Of a stretch of DNA of 64,000 nucleotides, positions 12,701-26,831 are shown in pieces. Every line of letters begins with the position of its first letter. The stretch's first letter is position 1. The stretch lies in NCBI GenBank assembly GCA_904063045.1, contig CAJFCJ010000028.1, positions 949,232-1,013,231 of the forward strand, given 5' to 3'. Source of the DNA: Dimorphilus gyrociliatus. Lineage: Eukaryota > Animalia > Annelida. Below the pieces are notes generated by a model. It did no database searches and was not told the DNA's origin. It saw only the letters and a list, made by a program, of their open reading frames with translations. The translations under genes were made by a program, and so were the position numbers.

Positions 12701-15700
12701 CTTTCCTTTACGAAATCCCAAATTAGGTTTAATAATAATAAAGTCATGTAATATTGAAAATTCTCACCTCACACTGAAAAATTTGTTAAAGAGGAAAAGT
12801 ACTTCTAATTGGCTTATAATTGCAATAGATTTCGAATATTAACAAACCTTAAGATGAAATATAAAACTCCCGTTGTCAATATGTATTCTACGGCTGGAAG
12901 GTTTATACGTGATGCATGAGAAACCTACATCCGCCTCTCCGTGTAATTTATGCTTGTCGATCTGAAAATAAGGACAGTTTAGTTTAAAAGAAAAATACTC
13001 ATATGAAAATTGTATATTCTATATATTCAATTAAATTTGAAGCTAAATTTGCCATATTTTAAAAATAGTATGTAATCTATTTTTATATATATAAATACTC
13101 TGCTAAATAACATACTTTTTAAGATTTTAACATTTGTAATAAAACTCTAATAATGCCGGCATGACAAATTTGAGTATATAATTTTACATCTATAGATAAA
13201 TGCAGAGTAATACAAATATGATCAATTTAGTATATTTTTTATCTGATGTTAAAGAAGGCAAAATAGAATGCGACAAGAATCCTCTTTGATCAGAGAAATA
13301 TCAAAAAATAAACGTGGCGATATATAGATTGAAAGTAATGAATAAAGAGGAGAAATATTAAATGGAATAAAGGTATAATTAATAGAAATAGAGAGAGTTT
13401 ATTAAAATTCTTTTGTCAGTTTAAGTAGAGAGATTTTTCTATTCTTTATAAACTATAAGTTAAATAGAATAAAATTAGAAGAATTTAGGAATGGTGAATT
13501 CTTTTTTTAATATGAAAAAAACCATCTTAAGTAAATTTAAGTTAAACCTAAACCGCATATTGATCACAACTAGAGAGAAACTTACATCATTAGGAGTTCG
13601 GGCGTATATAAGTATCCCATTTTCCAGAACAAAATATCTCTTATGCCACCCTTTCATTGGCCATTTTCTTCTTTTCATCAAATATCCATCGTGCTTCAGA
13701 GGAGTTCGGTCATATTTTACTCCTTCTGCAAGATCCTCCATCATCTACACCATACATAAAAAATTGATTATTAAACTTATAGAAAATTTATTGACTATCT
13801 GAGCTAATAATAAAATATTACAAGCCATTCTTTTCCAGACACTTTGTCACTCTTAGAAGGAACGGAACTCGACAATCTATTAGACGGATCATTATCGCCA
13901 CTGTCATCGTCACTATAATCCTATATAAATAAGAAAGTATTGTGATGAGAAGTTGAAAAAATATTAAAACAATAATCTAAAAGTAAGCAACTTATATTCT
14001 AACACATATTTTAATATATTATAGAATTGATAGCAGAGTTATTTAGCTAATTATTTTTAATGACAGACCGAACAAATTACCATTTTGTAACTATTCGCAT
14101 TAGAGTTAACTAGAGAAAACGATGTGCTAAGAATAAGACATTTCTCCCTAAAATTTTTAACCTTTCATCATGTTTATGAAATTTCAATTAACATTCACAT
14201 GGCTAAAGATATATTTTGCTCTCTTTTACCCTGGCTTTTTCATAGGATGAAAACTATTCATCAATAAAGCTAATACATTATCTTTTTGTAAATATTAGCA
14301 GAGAAAATGATATTAAAACCATCCTATAAAACTTCATTACAACCATAAACGTTTAGAGAGGCATTTAATATTTTATGCAAAATTACCAATACATTAAAAT
14401 AGTTTAACTCTTGAAACAAAAATATCATTTCAGAGTCCCGTAACTAGAATGTAAAACAGATTTTTAAGCTCATTTCACAAACGATAAGCTTCACAATTTA
14501 TTGACCTTTTTAGCCGCACTACTTTAAAAAGTCTTTTCTTTTATATACAGTTTTATTCAAAAAAAAGTAACAGTTGGAATACAAAAAAACATATTGAAAG
14601 AGCTGATCGAAGTAAAATAAGGACCTATCTATTATTTTTAACTTTAAATATATACTAATATCAAAAAGATACTCATAGAATAAATGTACCACTGTATGTA
14701 CAATTAGCAATGCATTATGTATTGCATATAAATATATCCATAAAGCAGATATATGCAACATATATATATATATTTATAATATACACAAGCAAATATATCA
14801 TACATCTATATATTTATAATATATACAAGTATACATACACTAGATAATACTACAAGTTGAATAGTTATTGTCAAATGGAATAAATATTAAGACCTAACGG
14901 TGAAAAAATCGGATCATGTACACCTAAATTTTAAATATCATACTATAAACTAAAACCTTGTACTGGCTTACGAAATCACAAAGTAAAGTAAAACTCGATA
15001 ATTAATCGAAAGGGCGTCCTATTTATTGGCCGAGAATGTACAAAATGTAGGCATGGAAACAGTAAATTGAATATCGCACGATCTCATTTCATGCTAATCA
15101 GAACAGCAGACGGGTTTGACACCAAAATTTTCTAGTAAAGATACGAAGCAATATTTATTAAGAGCAAGAAATCGAATATAAACAGCATTCAAGCATGTAA
15201 TCTAGAGTTCATTTAAATTAATCAATTTTTTTCATCCTATAGCATTAAGAGAAAAAAGAGTACATCGTACTTGTAATAACATCAAATCTTCGAAACATTA
15301 TTAAAGAAGGAGCGACGATCATGATATTAATAAGACATTTGAATAACAATAACTCAATATGTCTAAACAGAACTCTATTTGTCAATAATAAATGGCGTTT
15401 AATATATTGAATTTATCTTAATGAAATGTTTACAAGAGATATAACTGAAGAAAATTAGTTGACTCTCCTACCTTTTCTCGACTTATAGCTCTTTGAAATT
15501 TTTGTTTAATAGTAGTATTTTTTGTAGAGATTTTTTCTTGATCACTTTGAAAATCATCACTACTAATTGACCAAGTAAATTTGCCATTTTCCTGACGAGA
15601 CGTGTCTTGACGATATATAGGTCCGCTAAAACTTGATGATTTACGATGTTTTTTCAAGAGAATCTTCTTGTGCTGCTGTTGTTTTTTATCCGACATGGGC

Positions 15701-17903
15701 ATATTTCAATACGGAATAGAAAAGTGTTCAAGATTTTTCAATGAGATCTCGCTCCAAATCGATTGACCATAAACTGGTCCGAAAAGAGAAATATTGTGGT
15801 GAATATCATTCGGTTCCTTCGAGTGATACACCCACAATATATATGCATGTGCAAAAAAAATATGGCCGAAGAAGTAGGCCTAAAGTAGCACTAAATATTT
15901 AGATGAAGGTAAAGAGACACGCCTTAAGCCTATAGCGAAATAGTTCATGGTTCAATAAACAAACTAAGAATCGTTCTGCTAAATAGCGTTCTCTCTCTAC
16001 AATTGAAAAAGTCTATCTTACATATTTATATGCATGGACACTGTAAAGCTTCAATACTAAACTGTAGCAAAAAGTAAATTTATAATAAAAAATAATCAAA
16101 AAAAAACACACAAAGGCTCCAAATATTATCTAAGATACATTGATTTTTTATGAACTCTTTAATAGTATAGGTGGCGTTCTCTAGCGCACAACTTGACAAG
16201 AGAAAATTTCTATTTCGGTTAAATGAAAATCACTGGATAGTGTAAAATATTTATAATTTGTAAACAACAAGATCAATAAGTATATTAAAATCTCTTTAAT
16301 TCCCAGGTTGTCTTGAACGGAATCAGACTACTTCTGATATATTAGACATTTCAAAGATACCAGAAAGTTAAATTAATATTTAAACATATTATGTACACTT
16401 CAGCCGACATAAAAGTACGTGTAAAACGTATGAAAATGTATACCTTTCTTAAATATGAAACATGTGTCTTCCATATTCACATAGTTTTTTTACCGGCACC
16501 ACCCAATGACTAAATATTTACACCATGGTATTCAACCTATGTTATACTTCCATTATACATATATTATATATATAACAATATATCTATGTTTATGTTTATG
16601 TATTTATTAGGTTATTTAGAGCAACAGGACCATTCCAATAAAGGAATTTTCTAAATAAGAATGGAAGACTTTTTAAATTGTTGACTGAACCAAAGCATAA
16701 TTTTTGACTAATAAAGACATTCCTTTGAAAATAAAGGCAAAAGAAAACACGTATTCAATATTCACTTAAACAATACTTATCTTGGACAAAAAAAATCCTA
16801 TCTATTTTTGTCCTCTTACGTAGATCGGGTAACAACTAATCTTATGACTAAAGCATTATTAAATGTTTATATATTACAACAAAATAAGGTAATCAGACGA
16901 CTAAATGAATTACAAATGATAAACATTCGATAACGGGAAAGAAATAGTCTATTAAAACTATAATATATTAATTTAATATTGAAATCGATTTCTGTAGCAG
17001 ATTGTTGAATTTGAAAATTTGTATGTTTTTCTATATGTCTCTACTTCTTCCATGATTTCGTTGATAATGATGTTGAGGTTAACTTGGATTTAACTTAAGG
17101 CCTATCGCAGATTTATTTTCTACATATTAGGACTACTAAACAAAGCCAGCTTAATCACACTCTAAGTAGATGCTTTAAATGGTTTTTATAGCTTTATCAA
17201 AGACCTATAAAAATGGTCTTTCTATTTTGTTATGTTTTTATTTGAAGGAACACCTTAAAAATGATACAGTTAGATTTTGACACTTCCATCTATTAATTTC
17301 TAACTTGACACTATAATAGATGTAATAATATCAATTAAAACCGTAACATCTGCTAGGGATGTTACAACTTCAAGTAACTCGTCAAAATTATTAATATTTC
17401 GCGTAATATGCACAATTCTATATCTTACAACAAAAGATATACAATAAATTTATCACTATCCGAAGCATTTGAAAAAAATAATAATAAGAACATCATTAGA
17501 GAATAGAAGTAAAAATAGGATAGACAGATGGATAGATTGATAGAAAGATTGATTACAAAAACAGCAACAAAACAATTTTTCATTTTAATATTTAATTCTT
17601 AATAATCTAATCGTCATAAAGACAAAAGAAATATTTTGTAATTAAAAAATAATTTAGCTCTTTCTTGCTTCTAGTTAAGTTATTAATTTTTAATTTATAT
17701 TTTTATTTGTCATTAAAAACAACTATTTCTCATTTATCTTAATTGAAAAGAAAAAAAAATAGAATATTAACACTTACAACATGCTTTTGTTTCTTTTGAT
17801 TTACTGTGTCGATTTGAGACAAGCTTGATGACGTGTTTCTTCTTGTAGCAGCTGGTGAAGAGGAATGCTTAGTTTGTCCTTTATCCGATAGTTCTAAGGA
17901 CAT
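6752..17903 (-). CDS. OSBPL3/6/7: Oxysterol-binding protein-related protein of the ORP3/6/7 subfamily (PH, FFAT, ORD), multi-exon, alternative first exons
   Basis: PH domain [26 protein letters not shown] (13594-13744) continuing in exons near 12850-12960 and 12230-12342; FFAT motif EFYDAQE (about 9060-9080); ORD signatures [27 protein letters not shown]|[33 protein letters not shown]; stop TAG at 6752-6754. First coding exons 17778-17903 and 15472-15702 both end in phase 0. Confidence 0.95.
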
Positions 17904-18328
17904 TGGTAGTTTTATCTGGAATGAAACACTGTCTATGAGAAGCCGTAAATAATGAAAAATTTCTCATCAAGAATAGGAAACCAGCTCTTACCAGAATAGC
18001 AGACCATATACCCGATAAGAGTAGGAATACTACATTATTAGTAATAATATGCTTATATTATGTGAGATATGAAAAAGTTAATTATGGTAGGGAACAATCA
18101 CAGTAGAATATAATTTTCTTAAATACAAGTACTATCTCAAAAGTACAGTTTTTTCTCGCAATCTAAATAGTATTCATTATACATTACATCAACTTAATGT
18201 AATCATAATAAATCTATATAAACATTTACGTACTGGTTTATGTCGATTTTTATATTATTTCACATACCGCTTCAAACAGGAAAATGAAGTCATGATATGA
18301 CGCAGGAAGAGTGCGGGCACGAGATAGT

Positions 18329-18334
18329 GACTGA
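18329..18334 (-). promoter_or_regulatory. Initiator-like TCAGTC, candidate TSS of the long ORP isoform
   Basis: TCAGTC on the minus strand in a GC-richer block upstream of non-coding exon donors (about 18230 and about 17990) that lead to the acceptor just before the ATG at 17903. Confidence 0.3.
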
Positions 18335-21168
18335 ACGAGAGAGAGTAGGAGCGGGAAGAAATAATACATTTATATGCACATATATTTAAGAAAAGTAACA
18401 TACATCTATCACCGTGTTTTGCAATTGTAACAATAGGATTTTACCCTACATCTACTTTGTTAGAAATAGATTCTTTTTCATCAATACATAATGAAACTCC
18501 AAATGATTAGTAGAAGAGGTTATCACGATTGATAAGAATAGAAACAAATATATAAATATACCTATATTTATTTTTATCATGTGCTGAAATAAAACTGAAG
18601 AAAATGTGCAAGAACCAATGAATAATAAAATTTCTTGTGACAAATATGAGAAACGTTCTATTGTGTCTACTAACAATCATAGTATCTGTAAAAACTGTGC
18701 ATAAACCGGCATGATATCGAAAATGTATACAAATTATGTTTACACAATCCAGAAAGGGAGAGGGGGAGTGAGTATGCGTACGTGCGTGCATGTACACAAG
18801 AAAGAGAGCGAGAGAGAGACGGAGGAAAAGGTGGTTGAATTCCAGTTCTATATTATTTAGCTTAATAGTCTCAATTTATTATTAGATAACTTAATAAGAA
18901 TTATTAAAATGACCATCTCTAAGTAATAAAAGCTAACTTAGACTGATTATTCAAAATTAAAAGATAAAAGGAAAATCGTTTCAACTCCCACGTACTTGTA
19001 GAAGTGACTCATAAATAGAATATGTTCTGGAGGCGAAATAACCTACTGTTACATAAAACATAGTCAAATTTATTTAAATGTATTTGTTTTAAAGAAAAAA
19101 ATATTGAATAGCTGAACTGTCTACTAAGAATAGGTTTAAAATAAGACATTATTCATAAAATACTACTATATACTTAATATACTGTAATATAAATATATAA
19201 GTTTTTAATGAAAGATATTACATAGATGATTTTGCTACTTTGCATACTCGTATATTCAGAAAGGGTATATTTATTTCATAAAGGCGTTTTCTCCCTCTTT
19301 TTTACCGTTCAATATTTTCCAGGTAAATTAAACAAAGTGTGTGACATTTAGAAACTATAGCTGTCTTAGATGTAATTTTTACTCAAATCATAGAGATAGA
19401 ACTCAACTAGAATGTTCCAAAAAGAACAAAATATATACAATAAAATACTACTTATTTCTCTATGCCTTGTAACGATGATTTTTTAAAGTAAAATTAAAAG
19501 AAAAAGCTCTTAAGTGACATTAATAGATTTTATAATTATAGAATAAGAATATATAAATAAGTTTGATACCTTGGAATATTTTCCACCACGCATCCTTTAC
19601 AATAAAAGAGGTAGAAATGAAATAATTTTGAAATGTATAGTTCTAAAGCTAAAGCAGTCAATAGTCAGTCAATGACTTTATACCTTATCATAAAACTGGT
19701 TAAATAAAATTATTTTTTCGAGATAAGGCAGGTTAAGGTTAATGATTAGGACTAAGTTTTCATAACAATATTAAAAATATATAACTTTGTTGTATTGAAG
19801 TTTGATAAGTAAGATGATATAGCACAGTGAAATATTGTGGGGCGAAGGTCGAATAACTACATCATATTAACAGAAAAATTTCTTAGCAAACCGTTATAAG
19901 TTACTGGTAAGGAATATCGAAAAAAACGAAGGTTAAGCCTAGAAATTTTTATCATATTTTATTTATTTTTAGTATTATAAAACTTTCTCTTCGACCAAAA
20001 CTCGTATAGTCTGCTCTTTAAAACGGAATGAAAATAAATTCTTTAAGTCTTATGAATAAACTATGTCAAAAATATCAAACGAATGATCTAGAATCATCTA
20101 AGATTAACGAAATAACAACCAGAGTAATATTGTTAGAATGCTTTACCTTTTACTTGCAACTATCTGAACTTGATTAGGTAACTTGTTTCTCAATATTAGT
20201 TCAAATGTCATCAAGTTTTCTATTGCTGTAATTCTCATATTTTAATGGAAAAGGTTTGGTTAGGCTTTTCGTAACATTATTTTCGTAATTTGGAAAAAAT
20301 TCGATATCTAAAGATATATTTGGGAAATTTTTTTCTTCAAATTTCCTTAATAACTGATTAAACAAGTGCTGATAATTTTGTTTCGATAATCGTTTTATTT
20401 ATTTTTCTGTCAGTTTTAACGAATGCCGATAAGATTTATAATCGATTTAATTTATCACTTCGATATTTATGGTTAACCTAAATACTGGATAGTATTTATT
20501 AATCCAAAAATCTAAATATTCCCTATCAAATACTTGAAACTTACTTTGTTTTTTGATAATTTTGCTATTCGTCCCATTTTCTGTGCTATTTTCCTTTTTT
20601 AACATTTTATTTATGTAGCCTATAAAACTACTCGATAATTTTTTTTTAAAGCGTTATCAGATCGAATAGATAACTCGTACTTCGTAGATTTGTCGTTAGT
20701 TTTTCTTTAAGAGAGGTAAATTGAATAATATCTAATTAATCGTTGCGTTTTCTATTGATATGGACAACTTATCATTGGAAGTGGAAAGGATGTTTTTAAA
20801 GTGTTTAAACAGTATCAGAATTCTAAAAAGGATAAAAGTTAATTTCTAGAGTGTGTATGGTATATTGAATAAATAATGGTTTTAAATCTGTTTTTGCGTT
20901 ATTTACAAAATTATGTTAAACTAATTCTGAAATATTCGAACAAATAAATAAAACTCGAGAGAATACCCGAATGAGATATTTGGGTGGCACAATAACAAAC
21001 TCAATGCTTGAGTGGCAGTCGCTTTTAGTAGCACCGCTATTGTTGTTTTCGTAACTGTCATGGCGTCGGAAGGTAGAAAATTATGCTGAAATCTCGATTA
21101 AAGCAGCAAATAGTGCACATTTTTCATCGAAGTTGCGTTGAAATTTTAACCGAGTAAATCAACGTTCG

Positions 21169-24100
21169 ATGGTGATGCATGCCGCGAAATATCCGCGGTT
21201 AGAAGTTGGGTAAGCCTCATTTAAACTTTTGCATTGGAACCCTCCGCCATTTTGGGAAAAATTTATCCCTTGAATTTTCTATTTTTATTGCTTAAAACAC
21301 TCTTATAGCAATATATAAAATCATCTCTTTTTAACAGATATACTGGACATGTTGAGAAACCGCGGGCCCACCGATGCGATGTATGATTATATTGAAATAA
21401 TTCATATTAAAATTTTAATATAAATAAGTCGCTTTTTTTACCTCCGCAGAATAACGATCGGTACGGTTCGGAGAAGTCGCACAATCGATTAGAAGCCTCT
21501 TACAAAGGAGAACTCGAAAAAAGTCCAAGATATCCTAGCAAAAGTCGAGATACTCGATCACATAAAGGTTGATTTCTTTTTTAAAATCTAAATAGGAATC
21601 AAATCAAAAAATAAGTTTTTTTAAGCATTAAAATGATCTAATCCAGATATTGTTTTTAATATTAATCGATTTGAATTATTATTTTACATTTAAATTGAAA
21701 AATAATAATATTTGTATGACTGATTAATTTTAAAGTCTTTAATTCCAAGCGTAAGCAAACTACCTGTTTTGTTATGTACTTATACAATCTAGCTTACAAA
21801 TAACATTATAAAACTGTCTAATGGCAAACTGTAATTAAAACAATAATTTTAACTATGATTAAGACTTCTTAGAATTTTTTTTCGAGACAAGAGTAACATT
21901 GTGAGCTTACGATGTTTAAAAAAGTCAAATATATCTTTTTTTTATTTATTTTTTACTATAAGATACTGATATATTGTTTATTTTTAGGTGAAAGAAATAG
22001 AACAAATCATGTACATTCAAGAAACAGTGAAAAAACACGATCGGATAAGGAATCACAATTTCGGTCCAGAGACGAACCAGAGCCTGAAAAAAGAAGGGAT
22101 GACCAACGACGAAAAATAAAAGACGATGTATGTTATTATTTTGCATAAATTAAGCCACAAAATATCATATATTTTTAAATTTCAGTCTAGAAGAGTTGCT
22201 ATTCGTTATTGCGGTGACTGGACTGAGCAGAGAAGTAGCACAAGTAATAGGTAAGAAAACACTTTTTAGTTTATATATTTAGGGTTTAATTTAAATTTAT
22301 TCCTATTTTTTAACAAAAAAGAATATACTACTTCAATACCGCTACTGAAGAATCACGTTGGGAGAAACCACCAGAGTGGGAGGATTCGTGAGTATACTAC
22401 CTGTGAAATACAATAATTGCAATAGATTTAATATATCTATAGACGAGCCAAAGTTCCTGATCATTCCACATCTTCTTCTATGCCACATCGCCGACATAAT
22501 TCACAATCATCAAATAGACCATGTGAGTAAAATTGAAAGAATAGTTTATTAAAATAATCCAAAAATAGAAATTAGTGCACCATTAAAGATAATTTGTTAG
22601 CTGCTTGCGAAAGGATATACAACACAAATAAATTTCAGTTGCACTATTATTAAAAACTGTACAATGGCTACAGATTTACCATTGGATATGAATGAAATAT
22701 ATAGAATTATTCCTAACACTGGTTTAAGTAGTTTAAGTTAATATTTTTTTTAATCATTAATTCTAATTGTTTGTTAGCTGTAAGCATTAATAGAAACAAT
22801 TATTGTCTTTTCAAATAATTGCTATTGTAAGTATTGTAGATAATTGGCTTAAAATTTTTAAAATAACTCTTCTTATACAGATGAACGCCCATCATCCTCC
22901 GCATCTGCTAATCATCAGAAATCTTGGCATGAATCGTCTCGTGATACTCGCCATTCATCTACCAGACCTGCAGACTATCATCGGACAAGTAATGGACCCA
23001 GACGTCCCATTGATGATCGACATACTTCATCATCAAGGAGAGATTCGTCCTCCAAAGACGCTCGTCAGAACAATGAACGTTCCGGTAGTATTACTTCCTC
23101 CGGAAATCGAAAAGACAGGAGAGAAGAAGCTAGTCGAACCCAGGGTATGCTAATTTATAATTGTTTTTAAAGGATCCAATTCAAATTTACATCTCTTATG
23201 GATTAGTAACGGAAGTAAAAGATTTGGGTGAAGACATGGAAATCAGTCCAACATCATCCCCATGTTCATCAACTCATTCGTCGCCTTCAATAAAAGGAAA
23301 GCAAAATTCGAAAGGTTTGTAAATCTTCTTACAAATATTTGTATAAGGATTTTTTAATAAGTATATTTGGAAAACCCTGATATCCAAGCGAATGATTTAG
23401 ATTTGACATCATTTGAAGTGAAATTAATGAAGATGAACAAAGCATCCTTTTATCAGTATGACGATAGAGATAGTGATAGACTTTCGGAGAAAAAGCTAGA
23501 TACTGATTCTGAGTGTGAGATAGAAGCTGGGGAAATTGCTGATTCCCCACCAAAGTACAGTTATAGTTGGAATAAACCTACCGAGATAAAGATTACTGAA
23601 AAACACAAATTTGAGACAAGACAGCGTTCTTGTTTGAATTTAATTGACCCAAGGCTCATAAAATCACATACAAACGAAGAAGTCGGAAGAAGTTGGAACC
23701 AGTACAGACCGTTAACAAATAACAATTTCAGCTACCAGCAGTTTCAGAATGGTCGCCAATTATTTTGGCCAAAAGATATCCAAAGCAGAAACCATTCCGA
23801 GGAAGAAATTAGAAAAAAAAGAAGAGAAAAAAGTGAAAAAGATTATTTTCGTTAGTTATTAGGACTAAGTGAATTTTAGACATCCCTAGTCTCCCCCAGA
23901 AATCATTATAATCTTTTAGAAAAATTAATATCTGCTTAATTCAAGAATTTTCAAATGTTCACAGAAATTTATTAATTATGTATTTTTTATATTACAGCTA
24001 TGGTTGAAGTTTTAAAAAACATACAAGAAGCATTAACCAAAAAATCAATTATTGGTAAAAAAATATGTCCAACCGATGGAGGGTCCAATGGTAGAATTCC

Positions 24101-24755
24101 TACTGCCAACAACGATGAAGATCCAGACGACGACTATGAGAGTCCAGAAGATGGTTCAGATCAAGATTCCCGAACGAGTAGTGTTCCACCAGAAACACCA
24201 GAAGACATGAATATTGTAGACAAGCTTAATAGGTAATGGATTTTTTTTATTTAATGATAGTGCTTTTTACGATTAAAAAAGATACTAATTGTTTGTTTTA
24301 AACAGTCAATTACCGCCGTCAACAGGCTCCTTATCCAAACTCAAACCACGATCAAGGGATACAGTGCCGACTCTTCCGCCCAGCTTAGCCGATTATTACG
24401 ATGAATCCTTAATTGGACATGTAAAAAGTTGGCCATCCGAACTAGCCGAGACCGAAACTTGGAAGTTGGGAGGTGAATTGCTTCAATTAAAGGCCTCAAA
24501 TAGCCAAGTGTCTGTCGATTTGAAACGATACCGTAGTGCGGTGAGACTCGCAAACGTTCAAGCAACGCTGAAAGAACAAAGGTAATTAGCTATTTGTTTT
24601 TCTTATTTTTTATTGCTTTTAGATTGAAGAATATAAAATAAATTAATTGAAAAATTTTTTTTATCCCAAATAGAATAATCTTTCTGCAAAAATTACAAAA
24701 GAATATTGAAGAGTCAAAACCGGCACGGCATTTTCAAGACGATTGCGTGTCTTAG
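21169..24755 (+). CDS. WAC: WW domain-containing adaptor with coiled-coil (WAC), multi-exon
   Basis: N-terminus MVMHAAKYPRLEVG resembles the vertebrate WAC start MVMYARKQQRLSDG (recalled). WW domain GDWTEQRSSTSNR|IYYFNTATEESRWEKPPEW is split by an intron. C-terminal GHVKSWPSE...LKRYRSAVRLANVQATLKEQR|IIFLQKL matches the WAC coiled coil. All junction phases are consistent; stop TAG at 24753-24755. Confidence 0.93.
21244..21253. promoter_or_regulatory. YY1-type motif CCGCCATTTT in WAC intron 1
   Basis: Exact match to the YY1 core consensus, 35 nt downstream of the first WAC exon. Confidence 0.35.
23362..23855 (+). CDS. Candidate alternative (terminal or cassette) exon inside a WAC intron
   Basis: Acceptor ttttttaataag at 23361, 47 nt after the phase-1 donor at 23315, joins in frame (G|TA TAT TTG GAA AAC). 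The frame stays open for 164 codons to TAG at 23853-23855. Confidence 0.55.
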
Positions 24756-25615
24756 CACATGTTACAAAATTCAGAAAGATGTGCTTGTGATTTGTACAAA
24801 AATGTTTTTGCCGGTTTATTTTTGTTTAATGTATTTTTTTTAAGTGTACAGGTTCCGTTTGTTTCTAAGATATGTATTTAGAACTATATCATATGCAATT
24901 TTTGAAAAAAAACTCTAGTAAAACATTCAAACAAGTAATTTATTTTTAAACCTTTTCAACACAGAATAATCATAAGTAAGAATTAATTAGTAGTTTATTT
25001 TTGGAGAAAAACCCAAAAACTTGCAAGATTTTTAAATGGAAATGTACTACCAATCATTTCATAATTTGTTGTTTTAAAAAGACCAATATCAAATGTATTT
25101 TTCTAATTCATTTCTGCTTGAAGCCATAAGGGCAGTTTATTGTAAAACCTTTTATGTTTCATTCTAATTAAATAGAAGTCGTTTACTTGATTTCGTACGA
25201 AAATTTACTAAAATCTTGTGTATGTTAAATCTTTATGATGAAACTATCCAAGGTATTACCTTTTTACACGATACTTTTTTTAAATTGGTATGCTTTTAAT
25301 AACATTTTAATTTAGAAATAAAGTCCCAGAAATATTAACTGTATTCCGAAAAGTCCATAATCGATAAAACTTTTGTACAATATATAATAGATGCTCAAAA
25401 TATCTAAAACAACAAATGCCAAAATTTAACGAGAAAAAACAACGGAGCTGTACACAAGTGACAAAGGGCGATAAAAATTCAACTGAATAAATTAAGCGAT
25501 CTTTAATTTAATACCATAATTAACGATAGAGCCTAAGATAACAATTTTTTTTCTTTTCTTTACCTGAAATGGTAATTAGGGACATTATGGATTTTGTTAA
25601 TATTGGAATGTTGCT

Positions 25616-26785
25616 TCATTCCTCAACGTTTTGAACATTATCTTCATTGTCAGAATCGGCGCTCATGTTATCATTATCATCGTCTTCCATTAAACTGGAA
25701 AATTTATTTGTATCTCTAAAGTCCTGTTGAAAGTGAAATAAAGTTTAGTTTTATCTCTTAAACAGATAGGATAAATCAAGTTAAAAAAACTGTTTATTTA
25801 CCTTTGCCTTGCTTTCTTCGTACTTTGGCATATCCTCTACAGATTTAGGAAGAGACTTTTCGGGTTTTCTATTTGTTGTTTTTGAACGTAAACAAGATAT
25901 TTTTTCAATAAGATTATAACTTACTTTTGTCTATCAGTTTTACCGCCAGGACCGCCTGGAGCTCCTCTCTTGTCTCTTTTAGCCCCGCGGCCACCTTTCA
26001 CAGGGGGTCTTGCTTGATTTTTAAGTCCTTCTTTAGGAGGAAACGACTGGTCATCAATAGGTTGCTTTCCTCTTCCAGATGAACCCTGGTGTTAATATTA
26101 AATTTGTAATTTAAATTTCGTAAGATAATAGTTGACGGCTATGAAAAATAGAATTTATTGTACCTTTCTTGCTGAGGGAGTAGTTGAAGATTTGTTTCTT
26201 CTTGAGGGAGACTGTTCATCAGATGTCGGTGGTCTAGATAAACTTTCTTTTCTTTCGACTGTTGAGTCAGAAATGGTTGTCTGAACTCCTGTTACTACGG
26301 AGACCTCAACTTGCTTTCTTCTTTGAGTCCAAGCGTTCTCCTTAGGAGCTGGAGCCGGGACTATTTGACGCTTTTGATCTGGAGACGATTCTAGTGCACC
26401 TGCATCTTTATCTTTTGTATGCTCAAAAACCTGAAATTCATTTTTCAAGAATAATTAAATGTCATATAAGTAATTATTTTCACACGTACATCATTCTCTC
26501 CTTCAGAGACACTATTTACTCTAGAATTCGAGGGTGGAGCTCCTGCAAAATTGAAACAACTTTAACAAAGGCAAAAATATATATAAATTCCAACATTCAT
26601 AGCAACGGTAACTAAAATAATAATGAAAATAGAATAAAATGATTCATTCGAAAACAAGAAATACACCTAATAAAGAGAAAAAAGCTAAATGTATTGGTCC
26701 AATTTGAAATGATTTAAAAGATAAGAGAACTAATTTCTACGAAATGCAATCAACTACTCCACCAGTCAGGATGTTTGAAATTTAA

Positions 26786-26831
<46 letters not shown>

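Noticed and set aside
19400-20900. Possible minus-strand gene or pseudogene between ORP and WAC (fragments such as KNFPNISLDIEFFPNY, FIVKDAWWKIFQ)
   Set aside because: Frequent stops in all frames, no coherent exon chain and no family match.
21241-21253. AAAATGGCGG on the minus strand as the start of an antisense gene
   Set aside because: The ORF is only 9 codons with no good donor; it is better explained as a YY1-type site.
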